Shown: positions 41,436 through 50,500 of the stretch, one piece after another
How positions within the stretch are numbered: the first letter of the stretch is position 1
Layout of the letters: each line of letters starts with the position of its first letter
Assembly: GCA_041653535.1 (NCBI GenBank)
Contig: JBAZFH010000001.1
Location: 6,052-70,051, forward strand
Reading direction: 5' to 3'
DNA: 64,000 nt
DNA from: Patescibacteria group bacterium
GTDB taxonomy: Bacteria; Patescibacteriota; Patescibacteriia; JACRDY01
The notes under the pieces: model-generated
What the model saw: only the letters and a program-made list of their open reading frames with translations
What the model was told of the DNA's origin: nothing
Databases searched by the model: none
Program-made: the position numbers and the translations under genes

Positions 41436-42332
41436 TTAGACCGATTGTTGGTTGTAGCGTCGCACGTAGAGTGTTGGCGCCCAGGGGCGCAGGAGAAAGA
41501 TCGAGCCAAAGGTCACGGCCTTAGCGCCCTGTTTTTCCGCCTTAGCGATGTCTTGGTAAGACCAGATGCTCGGCCAAACGGTTGGCATGATTTGGCTGAG
41601 TTCACTCGCCATTTGCCAGGTAAGATGCTGGACAATTTTTCCCGACACACCGCCACCACCGAAGTGATCCAGCGGGCTAGTTCTGCTAGGAAAAGCGTAG
41701 CGCCAGGGGACCGAATTGATTTGCACTGCCTCGGCGATGCCAGATAGAGATGTGGCCGTAAGTAGGTAGTTTTTTTGCGGGTCATAGCCAAGTTTGATCA
41801 GCAGTGGCAGGCAAGTTAGTTCTTTTACTTTTCGGCAGGTGGCGACAAGGTCGGTAGGCAAGCCGCATTCTTGGACGTTGGGACAAGAAATATTGATCTC
41901 GATGCCAACAATTTTCTTGCTGCTTAGCTTGCCGTCAGCCATTTCTTGTTTGATTACCGTCGCCATATTTTCTAGCTCTTGGTTGCTACCAAAAATCGAG
42001 ATGACGACTGGTAGGTCGCTCGGAATTTTTGGCGCGTGTTTTGCTAGCCAACCATTGATGCCGGGATTACGCATGCCGACAGCGTTAACTGTACCATGTC
42101 GCAAAACCCTTACGGTTTTGACTAGCCCGACGCCTTGGCCATTTCCGGCTCGCGGATTTTGTGTAATGGTTTTGAGAACGACGGTAAAGAGATTTGGTTG
42201 TAGCAGGTTAACCCAATGCAGTGGTGCCTCCCATGACCAACCGCGGCCGTCAAAACCGAGTGCGCCAGAAGCAACGATAAATTTGAGCTCGTGGTCGTTT
42301 GATAGAGTGATGCCGTTAATTTTTGTTTGCAT
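41436..42332 (-). CDS. dihydroorotate dehydrogenase family flavoprotein (PyrD-like)
   Basis: IEINISCPN and GGGGVSG motifs of the DHOD/DHPD TIM-barrel family. RBS AAAGGAG. Confidence 0.6.
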   Translation of the reverse strand: MQTKINGITLSNDHELKFIVASGALGFDGRGWSWEAPLHWVNLLQPNLFTVVLKTITQNPRAGNGQGVGLVKTVRVLRHGTVNAVGMRNPGINGWLAKHAPKIPSDLPVVISIFGSNQELENMATVIKQEMADGKLSSKKIVGIEINISCPNVQECGLPTDLVATCRKVKELTCLPLLIKLGYDPQKNYLLTATSLSGIAEAVQINSVPWRYAFPSRTSPLDHFGGGGVSGKIVQHLTWQMASELSQIMPTVWPSIWSYQDIAKAEKQGAKAVTFGSIFLLRPWAPTLYVRRYNQQSV

Positions 42333-42450
42333 TCTATACTCCTTTGCTCCCGCAAAAAAAGCCCACCGCTATTTTCGATGGGATTTGGTGGTTGTAAAAG
42401 AACCACGGTTGCTATCAAAAACCCCCCGCATTAATGCGGGGGGTTAGAAC

Positions 42451-42960
42451 TTACTTCTTTATAATTGTTTCTTTCAGTCTTTTGCTCCAGTTGCGGAGGA
42501 AATAGAGTTTACTGCGACGTACTTTGGCTTGTTTAACCACTTCTAGCTTGGCAACATTTGGCGAACGGAGAGGAAATATCTTTTCTACTCCGATACCGTC
42601 GGAAACCTTGCGAACAGTGATAGTAGCGCCGGCTTCGTTGCCATGTTTATGAGCGATGATCATACCTTCATAAATCTGGATTCTTTCTTTTTCTTCGCCC
42701 TTGGTATTTGTTTCTTTAATTTTTTGGTGAACGCGAACGGTCATACCCGGACGGATGTCGGAGAAGTCTTTAACTTCTTCTACGGCAGCAGGGGAGATCT
42801 CTTCTGGAGTTGGTTCTTCATTAGCAGTTGGAGCGGCTTCTGCTACTGGAGTTTCTGTCGCCGGTGTTTCTACTACTGGAGTAGTTTCCGGTGTTGGTTC
42901 GGCAGTCTGTGGAGCAACGTTATCGGTTGCAGCCTGATTTTGAGTATTTTCTTCTGTCAT
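42451..42960 (-). CDS. rplS: 50S ribosomal protein L19 with roughly 65-aa T/P/E/A-rich N-terminal extension
   Basis: C-terminal region ([14 protein letters not shown] ... [41 protein letters not shown]) matches L19. Confidence 0.85.
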   Translation of the reverse strand: MTEENTQNQAATDNVAPQTAEPTPETTPVVETPATETPVAEAAPTANEEPTPEEISPAAVEEVKDFSDIRPGMTVRVHQKIKETNTKGEEKERIQIYEGMIIAHKHGNEAGATITVRKVSDGIGVEKIFPLRSPNVAKLEVVKQAKVRRSKLYFLRNWSKRLKETIIKK

Positions 42961-43080
42961 ATGGTTTTTTATTTATTGCCCCTATTTTAGCGGAATATTA
43001 ATATAATGTCAAGATATGGGAAAAGAGGCAAAATAGCCTCTTTTTAAAAGAAGTTAAAGTTGGTTCATTGACAATACGTT

Positions 43081-43282
43081 TCGCTCTCATGCCGCCTGCC
43101 TGCCGGTAGGCAGGGGCGGGCACTTACTTTTTGTAACCAAAAAGTAAGCAAAAAGTTCCGGGGGCGCAAGTAAGCGCGTGTCCTTATCACCTTAAGGTTT
43201 CCTTACCCCGCCCCGCCCCTGCAGACCATAATTACCGAAACGGTTCGGGGCTTGGCGCGGCTTTCGCCCCCGGACCCCCGAG
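43081..43282 (+). repeat. GC-rich structured element, family copy C
   Basis: Shares the 5' module ctcatgccgcctgcctgccggtaggcaggg, a central perfect hairpin (cttactttttg-taacc-caaaaagtaag), caccttaaggtt and the 3' ggttcgggg...cccccggacccccg modules with the copies at 57453 and 59189. Confidence 0.7.
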
Positions 43283-43307
43283 AAGAAAAACACGATACAC
43301 TGATTTA

Positions 43308-43904
43308 TTATTGGGAAGTATTATTGATTTTGGCGAGGTGGCGCTGGATTATACCAATTATTCTTTCGACAGTGTCGTTCATCTTGCCTTCGTAGTTGAT
43401 TACAGTATAGTCGTAAAATTTGGCCTCTCCCAGTTCATCCTTTGCATTTTGTAGTCTTTTTTTAAACTCTTCCGGATCAATACCAGGGTCGCGGGTAATC
43501 AGACGATTTTTGATGCGAGAGATTCTGTCAGGCTTGATAAAAATTGATAGAGAATTTGGATAGAGTTTTTTTATAACTTTTTTGCCTTTTAACTCAAGGT
43601 TGATAACAATATTAATGCCATTTTTTAGCTTGTCCTCAATATCCTTTTTATTAGTGCCATAATAATGACCGCGATTTAAAACTTTGATATATTCCAAAAA
43701 TCCACCGGCTTTGATTTTTTTCTCAAAATCTTTAACGGAAAGAAATTTGTAGTCAACGCCGTTTTTTTCTCCAGGGCGGGGATCTCGAGAGGTATAAGTG
43801 GTGGTCATCTTGAGGTTTGGTATTTTTTGACACACAGCTTTGCTGACCGATGTTTCTCCGGCGCCAGTGGGACCGGCAATAACAAAAATTATTCCCCGCT
43901 TCAT
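43308..43904 (-). CDS. gmk: guanylate kinase
   Basis: P-loop GPTGAGETS, TTRDPRPGEKNGVDYKF and YYGTNKKDIE motifs. Start at MKRGIIFVIAG. Confidence 0.75.
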   Translation of the reverse strand: MKRGIIFVIAGPTGAGETSVSKAVCQKIPNLKMTTTYTSRDPRPGEKNGVDYKFLSVKDFEKKIKAGGFLEYIKVLNRGHYYGTNKKDIEDKLKNGINIVINLELKGKKVIKKLYPNSLSIFIKPDRISRIKNRLITRDPGIDPEEFKKRLQNAKDELGEAKFYDYTVINYEGKMNDTVERIIGIIQRHLAKINNTSQ

Positions 43905-43909
43905 ATTTT

Positions 43910-44901
43910 TTATTTTGTTGTATTTAAGTAATTTTTCAGATCCGTAGGTAAATCGGAGGAAAACTCCTGCCATTGATTATCTGAGTCGTAAAATCCAAGT
44001 AGGTGAGAATGCAAAAATAGTCTGGGTGGAGGAGCGGTTTCTTTTTTTTGTTTTCTGATCGTGTAGAGTTTGTCGCCGGCCAGCGGGTGTCCCAGGGCTT
44101 TAAAATGAACGCGGATCTGATGAGTGCGACCGGTTTTAATCGTAACTCGAACCAAAGTATAGTTGATAAAGTATTTTACTACATGGTATTCGGTCAGCGC
44201 ATTTTTCCCTTCTTGGCTTAGTGGTCTTGCCGCCATTGTTCCAGCAGATGATCGAGCGATAGAAAAATTTATTGTTCCAGAGTCTTTTTCCATTTTGCCT
44301 CGGACTAGAGCGAGATATTCTTTTTTTACCTTGCGGTCGGCAAATTGACTTTTGAGAAAAATAAACATTTTTTTGTTACGGGCGACAACTAGCAGGCCAG
44401 AAGCATCTTTGTCGATACGATGAACAATGCCCGGGCGATTTTTGTCCTCACCTATTTTTTTTACCTCGGGATATTTTGTCGCTATCTTTTGGATTAGTGT
44501 TCCGGTTAGGTATTTGCTGTCAGGATGAACAGGAATACCAGATGGTTTATTGATTACTAAATAATCGTCGGTTTTGGCGATGATGTCTAGGTTGAAGGGA
44601 GGGAGTTTGGAGCTGGTAGGTGGTAGTTGGTAGTTGGGGACTTGGAAATTGGAACAATTTTTTTATCGATGGTTATCTTGTCGTTGGTTTTCAGAAATTC
44701 GTGGACTGATGGAATCTCGCCGTTAACTAAAACCGCGCCTGATTTGATCAGTTTCTGAACTTGGGCGCGAGGTAGGTCAAGTTTGGTGGTTAGCAAAACA
44801 TCAAGACGGTTATTGTTATCTTTAGATTTTACGGTTATTGATTTCATTATAGTAGTGGGTAGTGGGTAGTGGGTAGTGATATTTTTAATAATTTTACTCA
44901 C
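43910..44901 (-). pseudogene. RluA-family pseudouridine synthase (S4 domain + catalytic domain) interrupted by a frameshift inside a heptanucleotide tandem repeat
   Basis: S4 domain (RLDVLLTTKLDLPRAQVQKLIKSGAVLVNG) lies in one frame and ends at the stop at 44587. The catalytic domain (DIIAKTDDYLVINKPSGIPVHP ... TGRTHQIRVH) is open in another frame from 44662 to 43910. The overlap contains the (TAGTTGG)n tract at about 44610-44637. Confidence 0.6.
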
Positions 44902-44922
44902 TAATCAATACTCGCTACACTG

Positions 44923-46410
44923 TTAAGAAGTCAGTTTTTTAATAAATTTCATCGCTTGTTGTTTTGTCTTAACCCTTCCTCTTAATTGTTCCTCACGTAA
45001 CTTAGCAATTGCTCTACCAACGTGTGGCCCGGGTTTGATTTTGAGTATTTTAATAATCTCATTACCGTCGAGAATCGGAGCGGGCAATGTTTTTTTGTTT
45101 TTAGCTAGCTTGGCAAGAACAGCTATTCTTCTACGCAGAGCGGCGGAGTAGCTGATAAATTTTTCACCTTTGGCAGGAACAGTAGCCATTTCATCGGCGT
45201 GAATCAGTTTAATTAAATCCTGCCCCGCTGGAGCAATAAAAAAATATTTTTCTATGGTAGTGCTTTTCATTTCGGCAATGCGGCCATGAACGGCGATCAT
45301 GTGTTTGGCGATCAGCCAAAAAACTTTATCCGGGTCGCAATCAATATCAGCATCTTTGTAGGCAGATAGCTTTAGCCGATCGCATATTTCTTTGGCTTTT
45401 TTGGCGCCGACTAAGTCGTGTTCGTTAAAACGAATACGATCACTGCCGTTTTTTTCCGGAGTCTGAATAGTGTAAGGTTTACCAATATCGTGAAAAAGTA
45501 GGCCAATAATAAGATTGACCGAAGGATATCCAGGGTAAAGTTTTTGAAATCTTTTGCTAGTCAAAGTTTTTAGGGCTAAGACAGTGTGCTGCCAGACGTC
45601 GCCTTCGCTATGCCAATTGTTTGGCTGCGGACATTTTTTTATTTTTAGTAATTCTGGCATCAGTTGTTTGATAAAACCAGCTTGGTCGAAAAGTCCTAGT
45701 GCTAGTACTGGCGCGGCATAGAAAGCTTTGAGCAAATCTTTGGCAATAGTTTCGCGAGGAACCACAAAATCATTGCCATTTTTTTTGTTGATTTTTGGCG
45801 CCAGTTTTTTTATGGTTGCCCAGGTATTTTTTTCAATAGCAAAATCTAGCTGGCAGGCAAAGCGGATAGCGCGTAGCATCCGACTATAATCTTCGGCAAA
45901 ACGGACGGAGGGTTTACCAACGGCGCGAATGATTTTTTTTACCAAATCCTTTTGGCCGGCAAAAGGATCGACGATTTTACCGCTGATCAGGTCTAGAGCC
46001 ATGGCGTTGACAGTGAAGTCACGCCGAGAAAGGTCTTCTTCGATTTTCAGTCGGTAGTTGGTCTGGACTTTGAAATCGCGATAAGCTCCGCTGCGGTCGA
46101 TGGAATATTCGGTGCGGGGAAGAGCAATGTCAATAGGAGATGGGAACTGGGAACTAGGATCTGGTAGTTTTGGGTTGAACTTAAAAACACCGAAAGATTT
46201 GCCGACTAGGTCAACTTTGCCATTTTTTCTGAGAAAAGCTTCAAGGGGTTTAGCGGGTACGCCGCGGACGAGCAAATCGTAGTCTTTGATTTTTTTGTTC
46301 AGTAGCAGGTCGCGGACCGCTCCGCCAACCAAAAATACTTCCGCAGCAGGAAAAGTGCGGGTTACCTTTTGAGCTAATTGGATTATTGATTTGTCTATTT
46401 TATTTAGCAT
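44923..46410 (-). CDS. cca: CCA-adding tRNA nucleotidyltransferase with HD domain
   Basis: GGAVRD head motif and LLFHDIGKP HD motif. Start is probably MLNKIDK. Confidence 0.8.
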   Translation of the reverse strand: MLNKIDKSIIQLAQKVTRTFPAAEVFLVGGAVRDLLLNKKIKDYDLLVRGVPAKPLEAFLRKNGKVDLVGKSFGVFKFNPKLPDPSSQFPSPIDIALPRTEYSIDRSGAYRDFKVQTNYRLKIEEDLSRRDFTVNAMALDLISGKIVDPFAGQKDLVKKIIRAVGKPSVRFAEDYSRMLRAIRFACQLDFAIEKNTWATIKKLAPKINKKNGNDFVVPRETIAKDLLKAFYAAPVLALGLFDQAGFIKQLMPELLKIKKCPQPNNWHSEGDVWQHTVLALKTLTSKRFQKLYPGYPSVNLIIGLLFHDIGKPYTIQTPEKNGSDRIRFNEHDLVGAKKAKEICDRLKLSAYKDADIDCDPDKVFWLIAKHMIAVHGRIAEMKSTTIEKYFFIAPAGQDLIKLIHADEMATVPAKGEKFISYSAALRRRIAVLAKLAKNKKTLPAPILDGNEIIKILKIKPGPHVGRAIAKLREEQLRGRVKTKQQAMKFIKKLTS

Positions 46411-47355
46411 AACTGCCTTTATTGTATCATAGTTTGATAAATGAAAAGAGCAGGGGGGGACCTGCTCCGCGGGCAAAAACACCGACATGGCGTTTTTGTT
46501 TTTTTGGTTGCTGTTGAGAAGGCGTCGCTAGGTTTTCTCTGCCCCCCAAAACCATGTAAACACCCTCTGGCGTCCTGTCGTTCCAAATTTGATGGAATGG
46601 TTAATAGTGTTGTGACTACAGAACACAACAGGACTAGGCATGTGCACTGATGGTATTTATTATTTTATTCTTTTTTAGGAACATGTCAATATTGATTTTT
46701 AAAGTAATAAAAAGACCCGAGTCAGTTGCGGCTCGGGCTATTTTTGCGGTTAGTTTAAGGCCGAGCCAGAGGAATATGGTGAGGATACCCATAAACCTCT
46801 GGCGTACTCTATGGTGGTGCCATTTTTTGGCGATTTTTGACGGTTTTCCTCTGAACCGTCAGGCACCTGGTCGCTTTGGTAGGCGTAAAGCCGCTAGCAA
46901 ATAAATTGCCTCGGCTTGCTACGGGCATCGCCACGCCATACTCACAGCGGTCGAGAACCCCACGGGTCTGCTTGATGATCAAGAGGAGGGCAAGATCTCC
47001 GCAGGGTTCGTCGCGCGCAACGCCGCCTCGGTCACGAGATTTATACTGGGCGGTAGTTGCGAAAAAAATCAAATCAAGTTGACAGCCCAGAGACAACTCC
47101 AGCCTCTCCTCAATATTCTGACCATCTTATTAACCAATGGCAGAGAAAAGGAGGTTTTGGCATTAGTGTCCCTGGGTCCAGTGACGCAAATTAATAGCGT
47201 CAATCTGGAAAATTTAAATTGTTAATATTTAATACTTCAGCTTGATTAGGTATTATTGCACAGTAGTATTTTTTTGTCAATACTTTGGATGCAGATTCGG
47301 TAAAAGTTGGTTTAATTTGTTTAAATTTAGATAAAAATATGGGAAATATTTTATC

Positions 47356-47386
47356 CACAAAAAGAGACCTGATGGTGCAGGTCTCC
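47356..47386 (-). terminator. intrinsic terminator on minus strand
   Basis: AGAGACCTG-atggtg-CAGGTCTC hairpin followed (minus sense) by TTTTTGTGG. Confidence 0.55.
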
Positions 47387-47580
47387 TGTGGTTGAATTGT
47401 ATTAATCTTTGTGGTAATGAATTATGTGTGGTGCAATCTTGGGGGCGAAGGGCTGCACTTACGCTTCGGCGGTAAACGATATAACTAATTCCACGTCGGT
47501 TTCCTTTTTGCTGCTTGTTTCGCATGTTTGCTTAATTTATGTTTAACCGTTTTAATAACTATTGTTAACAATGGAAAGCA

Positions 47581-47608
47581 TTGATTTAAGACAAAAAGGT
47601 GATATAAT
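47581..47608 (+). promoter_or_regulatory. promoter TTGATT-16-TATAAT (extended TGn) driving the leader element + tRNA-Ile
   Basis: Near-consensus hexamers about 135 nt upstream of tRNA-Ile; the leader contains a partial copy of the GC-rich element. Confidence 0.55.
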
Positions 47609-47621
47609 GCGAGGGAATTGA

Positions 47622-47710
47622 TATTTGCGTATGCCTGCCTGCCGGCAGGCAGGTAGCTTCCACCCAAGGCGGACAGGCAGCGGTTATGCTCCTGCTTCGC
47701 GGGAGGGGTG
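47622..47710 (+). repeat. partial copy (5' module) of the GC-rich element family in the tRNA-Ile leader
   Basis: atgcctgcctgccggcaggcagg matches the family 5' module; hairpin ctcctgcttcgcgggagg. Confidence 0.5.
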
Positions 47711-47744
47711 CATTTTACAATTTGGTTTTTTACTTTTTATTTAT

Positions 47745-47820
47745 GCGCGTGTAGCTCAGCGGTTAGAGCATCGCCCTTATAAGGCGGGGGTCGATGGTTC
47801 AAATCCATCCACGCGCACCA
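47745..47820 (+). tRNA. tRNA-Ile (anticodon UAU)
   Basis: Acceptor GCGCGTG/CACGCGC, anticodon stem TCGCC/GGCGG with loop CTTATAA (U33, anticodon TAT, A37), T-loop GGTTCAAATCC, encoded CCA. Confidence 0.75.
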
Positions 47821-47977
47821 GTGTGTTTTGTTTAGCAGCTCGGTTTTTACCTAATAATGTCGATCGATGGTTTGTCCCTTCGGGACATCTCCCGTAGGGA
47901 GACAAATCCATCCACGCGCACCATTCTTCGCTCGCTAGAGTGAAGAATGTCCTCCGTAGCTCGAAGAGCGAAGGAGG

Positions 47978-48002
47978 ACGAAACGTTGTTCGTCTCTTTT
48001 AG
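47978..48002 (+). terminator. intrinsic terminator after tRNA-Ile unit
   Basis: GACGAAacgttgTTCGTC followed by TCTTTTA. Confidence 0.55.
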
Positions 48003-48067
48003 TTCCGTCGCGAGCTTCGAATGGCGCGGCCATATTCTATTTATTAGGATTTCAGTATATTAAATTA

Positions 48068-48096
48068 TTGACAATGGTCGTTTTTGGCTTTATAAT
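48068..48096 (+). promoter_or_regulatory. consensus sigma70 promoter TTGACA-17-TATAAT upstream of tRNA-Val locus
   Basis: Perfect hexamers. Confidence 0.65.
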
Positions 48097-48263
48097 CAGC
48101 AGCACTAATATTTAGTAGTTATTAATTTGTAATTTGAAATTATCTTTTGGGCGTATAGCTTCCACCTACGCCCTCATTACATTCGGGCTTCGGCGGACAA
48201 GCATCTGGTATTTCACCATTTGCCTGCCAGTCGAAGCTCGCCAGTAATGGCGAGTGTAGATTG

Positions 48264-48317
48264 GGGCGGTTAGCTCAGTTTCTGCCAGAGGCAGACCCGC
48301 CTTCGGCGGGGGTTAGA
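48264..48317 (+). pseudogene. tRNA-Val 5' fragment (GGGCGGTTAGCTCAG) fused to a 34-nt GC double-hairpin insert
   Basis: 15-nt exact duplicate of the 5' end of tRNA-Val at 48564, followed by tttctgccagaggcagacccgccttcggcggggg + ttaga. The same 48-nt junction recurs at 48683-48730. Confidence 0.6.
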
Positions 48318-48563
48318 TTGTTTTTTTATGTCGGGAATATATGTTTTAAAAAGTTTAAAAAACGGTAAAAGATATGTGGGTAGTACTCGTAAAGATGTAG
48401 ATTTAAGGTTGAAAGAGCATAATTATGGGTCAAATGTTTGGACTAGGCAAAACGGACCTTTTAAATTAATTTATAAAGAAGGTTTTACTGACTATAAAGA
48501 TGCTTTGAAAAGAGAAAGATTTTTGAAGTCAGGCCAAGGCAGAAAATTTTTAGATAGTATTTT
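48279..48563 (+). mobile_element. roughly 285-bp insertion carrying a GIY-YIG nuclease gene, flanked by a 15-bp direct duplication of the tRNA-Val 5' end
   Basis: Direct repeats gggcggttagctcag at 48264-48278 and 48564-48578. The insert begins with two GC hairpins (ctgcc-aga-ggcag; cccgcc-ttc-ggcggg). Confidence 0.5.
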
Positions 48564-48573
48564 GGGCGGTTAG
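48328..48573 (+). CDS. small GIY-YIG nuclease domain protein (YhbQ/UPF0213-like)
   Basis: GIYVLKSLKNGKRYVGST ... RLKEHN ... motif. The last codons and stop overlap the first 10 nt of tRNA-Val. Confidence 0.65.
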   Translation: MSGIYVLKSLKNGKRYVGSTRKDVDLRLKEHNYGSNVWTRQNGPFKLIYKEGFTDYKDALKRERFLKSGQGRKFLDSILGG

Positions 48574-48640
48574 CTCAGCTGGTTAGAGCGTTACATTGAC
48601 ATTGTAAAGGTCACAAGTTCGAATCTTGTACCGCCCACCA
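48564..48640 (+). tRNA. tRNA-Val (anticodon GAC)
   Basis: GGGCGGTTAGCTCAGCTGGTTAGAGCG, anticodon loop TTGACAT, T-loop AGTTCGAATCT, encoded CCA. Terminator hairpin cagagactatagaagtctctg + T-run follows at 48645-48671. Confidence 0.85.
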
Positions 48641-48682
48641 AAGGCAGAGACTATAGAAGTCTCTGTTTTTTGTTGTATAAAA

Positions 48683-48783
48683 TTAGCTCAGTTTCTGCCA
48701 GAGGCAGACCCGCCTTCGGCGGGGGTTAGAGCGTTACATTGACATTGTAAAGGTCCGTGGTTCGAGTCCACGTATGCCCACCA
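48683..48783 (+). pseudogene. 5'-truncated second tRNA-Val(GAC)-like gene, D-arm onward, with the same 34-nt insert in its D-loop
   Basis: ttagctcag + 34-nt insert + ttagagcgttacattgacattgtaa ... ggttcgagtcc ... tatgcccACCA. No matching 5' acceptor strand (GGGCATA) upstream. Confidence 0.55.
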
Positions 48784-49325
48784 AAAGAACACCAGTGATG
48801 GTGTTTTTTTGTTTATTTAAAAAAGCCGACATTGCTATGTGCATCGTCGGCTATTGTTTTGATGCTAATCTTCGTCATCGTCTTCTAGCCCGTCAGAGGG
48901 CGGAAAGATTTCTATTGGATGATCTTCATTGTCTAGTTTTATGGCTAGCGCTAGGAGCATCAAGGCGTTTCTGGTTCTGGGGCTGCGACCGCCTCCGAAA
49001 TAAGTTCGGAAACGTAATACTGGTCCATGATGACCGTCTGTGCATACCCAGGCGTCACCGTCTTCCGAAAACTGGACTATTATTTGTCCTTTTGCCGTTC
49101 CGTCATTATCATCATGAAGTCGGGCGAATGTTTCTTTCGACGATAGGTCTGGAATCTAAAAGGGGTTGTTTAGAACACGATAGGCGTCTTTGATTAATCT
49201 TGCCGTTCCCGGTTCCGGTGGCATTTGCATTTCTCCTTTTGAGGTTGGTTTTTAAAATAAGCAGTGTTTTTTTGGTGCGTTAATAAATGCTAGCAAAAGG
49301 TCGTGTGAATAGCAAATGGGTATTT

Positions 49326-49354
49326 TTGACAAAAAGGCTTAACATTGTTAATAT
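49326..49354 (+). promoter_or_regulatory. promoter TTGACA-17-TAATAT
   Basis: Upstream of the glycoside-hydrolase gene. Confidence 0.5.
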
Positions 49355-49409
49355 TTATAGTCCATTGAAAATAAATAACTGTCGGAAATACATAGAAAGG
49401 GAGGGCACT

Positions 49410-50486
49410 ATGTCGCAAATTGAAAAAAAATTATTTGCTGCAACTGCGATTTTGCGTCGTTGTATTGGCAAGGAAGGTATCTGGGCCGACTCGACTCGTT
49501 ACCAGTATCAGTGCTGGACGCGTGATTTTGTATTGGCAGTGTTGGAAGTTTTGTTGCAATCGCAGCGAGACGACCTAATCCGAAAACATCTTCACGGCAT
49601 TGCCTTTCGGCAACAACCAAACGGTCAAATTCCGATCCTTTTTTTGGAAAATGAGTTTTGCTGGCTCTGGGAAAAAATCAAGCGCAGTATCAAAAATCGT
49701 AAAGTTTCTTTTATGCTGCGTCGGTACTTCACCGGACATCTGTGGGATCTTACTCCCGGGACAAGGGACTCGGAAATCATGTTTCTTGTCGGCATGTATG
49801 AATATGCCAAGCAGTCCGGCGACAACAGTTTGGTTGCCGAGCACAATGTCGGTTTGTACCGAGCGCAGACCTACATTGAAAAATTTTTAATGGAAAACGG
49901 TCTGGTCGTCGGTTGCGATTGGCGCGACACCATGGAGCGTGAGCTTGGCGACAAACCGCTACTGACCAACAATTCTTTGATGTATCGCGCTTATAATCTG
50001 ATGGGCGAAAAAGAAAAAGCCGATCGGTTGCGTGCGAACATCAATTCAGTGTTGTGGGACGGGCAGCGCTATCTGGATTATCCGGATAGCGAGCGCTTTG
50101 ATCCGCTCGGTGGCGCGTTGGCCGTACTGTATGATGTGGCTTTGCCGGAACGTTATGCCAGTATCATCGAAGGGTTCCGGTCGGTTGATACCGATCGCGG
50201 TGTAACCATTCAATGTCGGCATAATCCGATGGTTGCCGAAGAAGCCAAAGTGATCAACCGCACCAACGGCGTGGTGATCTGGCCATTTGTTCTCGGGTTC
50301 ACCGTCTTGGCTTTGATCAAGATGGGTGAGAAAAAGTTGGCCAAGGCGCAGTTCGACAAACTGGTCGCGCTTGACGGTTTCCGCGAGTGGTACGACCCAG
50401 CGACTGGCAAGGGTTATGGCGCCAAAGAGCAGCTTTGGTCCGCGGCGCTTTATTTGCGGGCACTGAGAGCGATTCGCAATATGTGA
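49410..50486 (+). CDS. (alpha/alpha)6-barrel glycoside hydrolase, glycogen-debranching/GH63/GH15-like
   Basis: RBS AAAGGGAGGG; start MSQIEKK. Motifs CWTRDFVLAVL and QLWSAALYLRA typical of six-hairpin glycosidases. GC about 52%. Confidence 0.55.
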   Translation: MSQIEKKLFAATAILRRCIGKEGIWADSTRYQYQCWTRDFVLAVLEVLLQSQRDDLIRKHLHGIAFRQQPNGQIPILFLENEFCWLWEKIKRSIKNRKVSFMLRRYFTGHLWDLTPGTRDSEIMFLVGMYEYAKQSGDNSLVAEHNVGLYRAQTYIEKFLMENGLVVGCDWRDTMERELGDKPLLTNNSLMYRAYNLMGEKEKADRLRANINSVLWDGQRYLDYPDSERFDPLGGALAVLYDVALPERYASIIEGFRSVDTDRGVTIQCRHNPMVAEEAKVINRTNGVVIWPFVLGFTVLALIKMGEKKLAKAQFDKLVALDGFREWYDPATGKGYGAKEQLWSAALYLRALRAIRNM

Positions 50487-50500
50487 AAAAGGAAGAGAAT

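Noticed and set aside
47277-47525. 82-aa minus-strand ORF (MRNKQQKGNRRG...)
   Set aside because: The reading frame passes straight through a strong terminator hairpin and lacks an RBS. The region is more likely non-coding leader or an sRNA.
48774-49193. 139-aa plus-strand ORF
   Set aside because: It begins inside the truncated tRNA-Val fragment and runs through two intrinsic terminators. It is Cys/Arg/Leu-rich nonsense. The minus strand there looks like a decayed gene instead.
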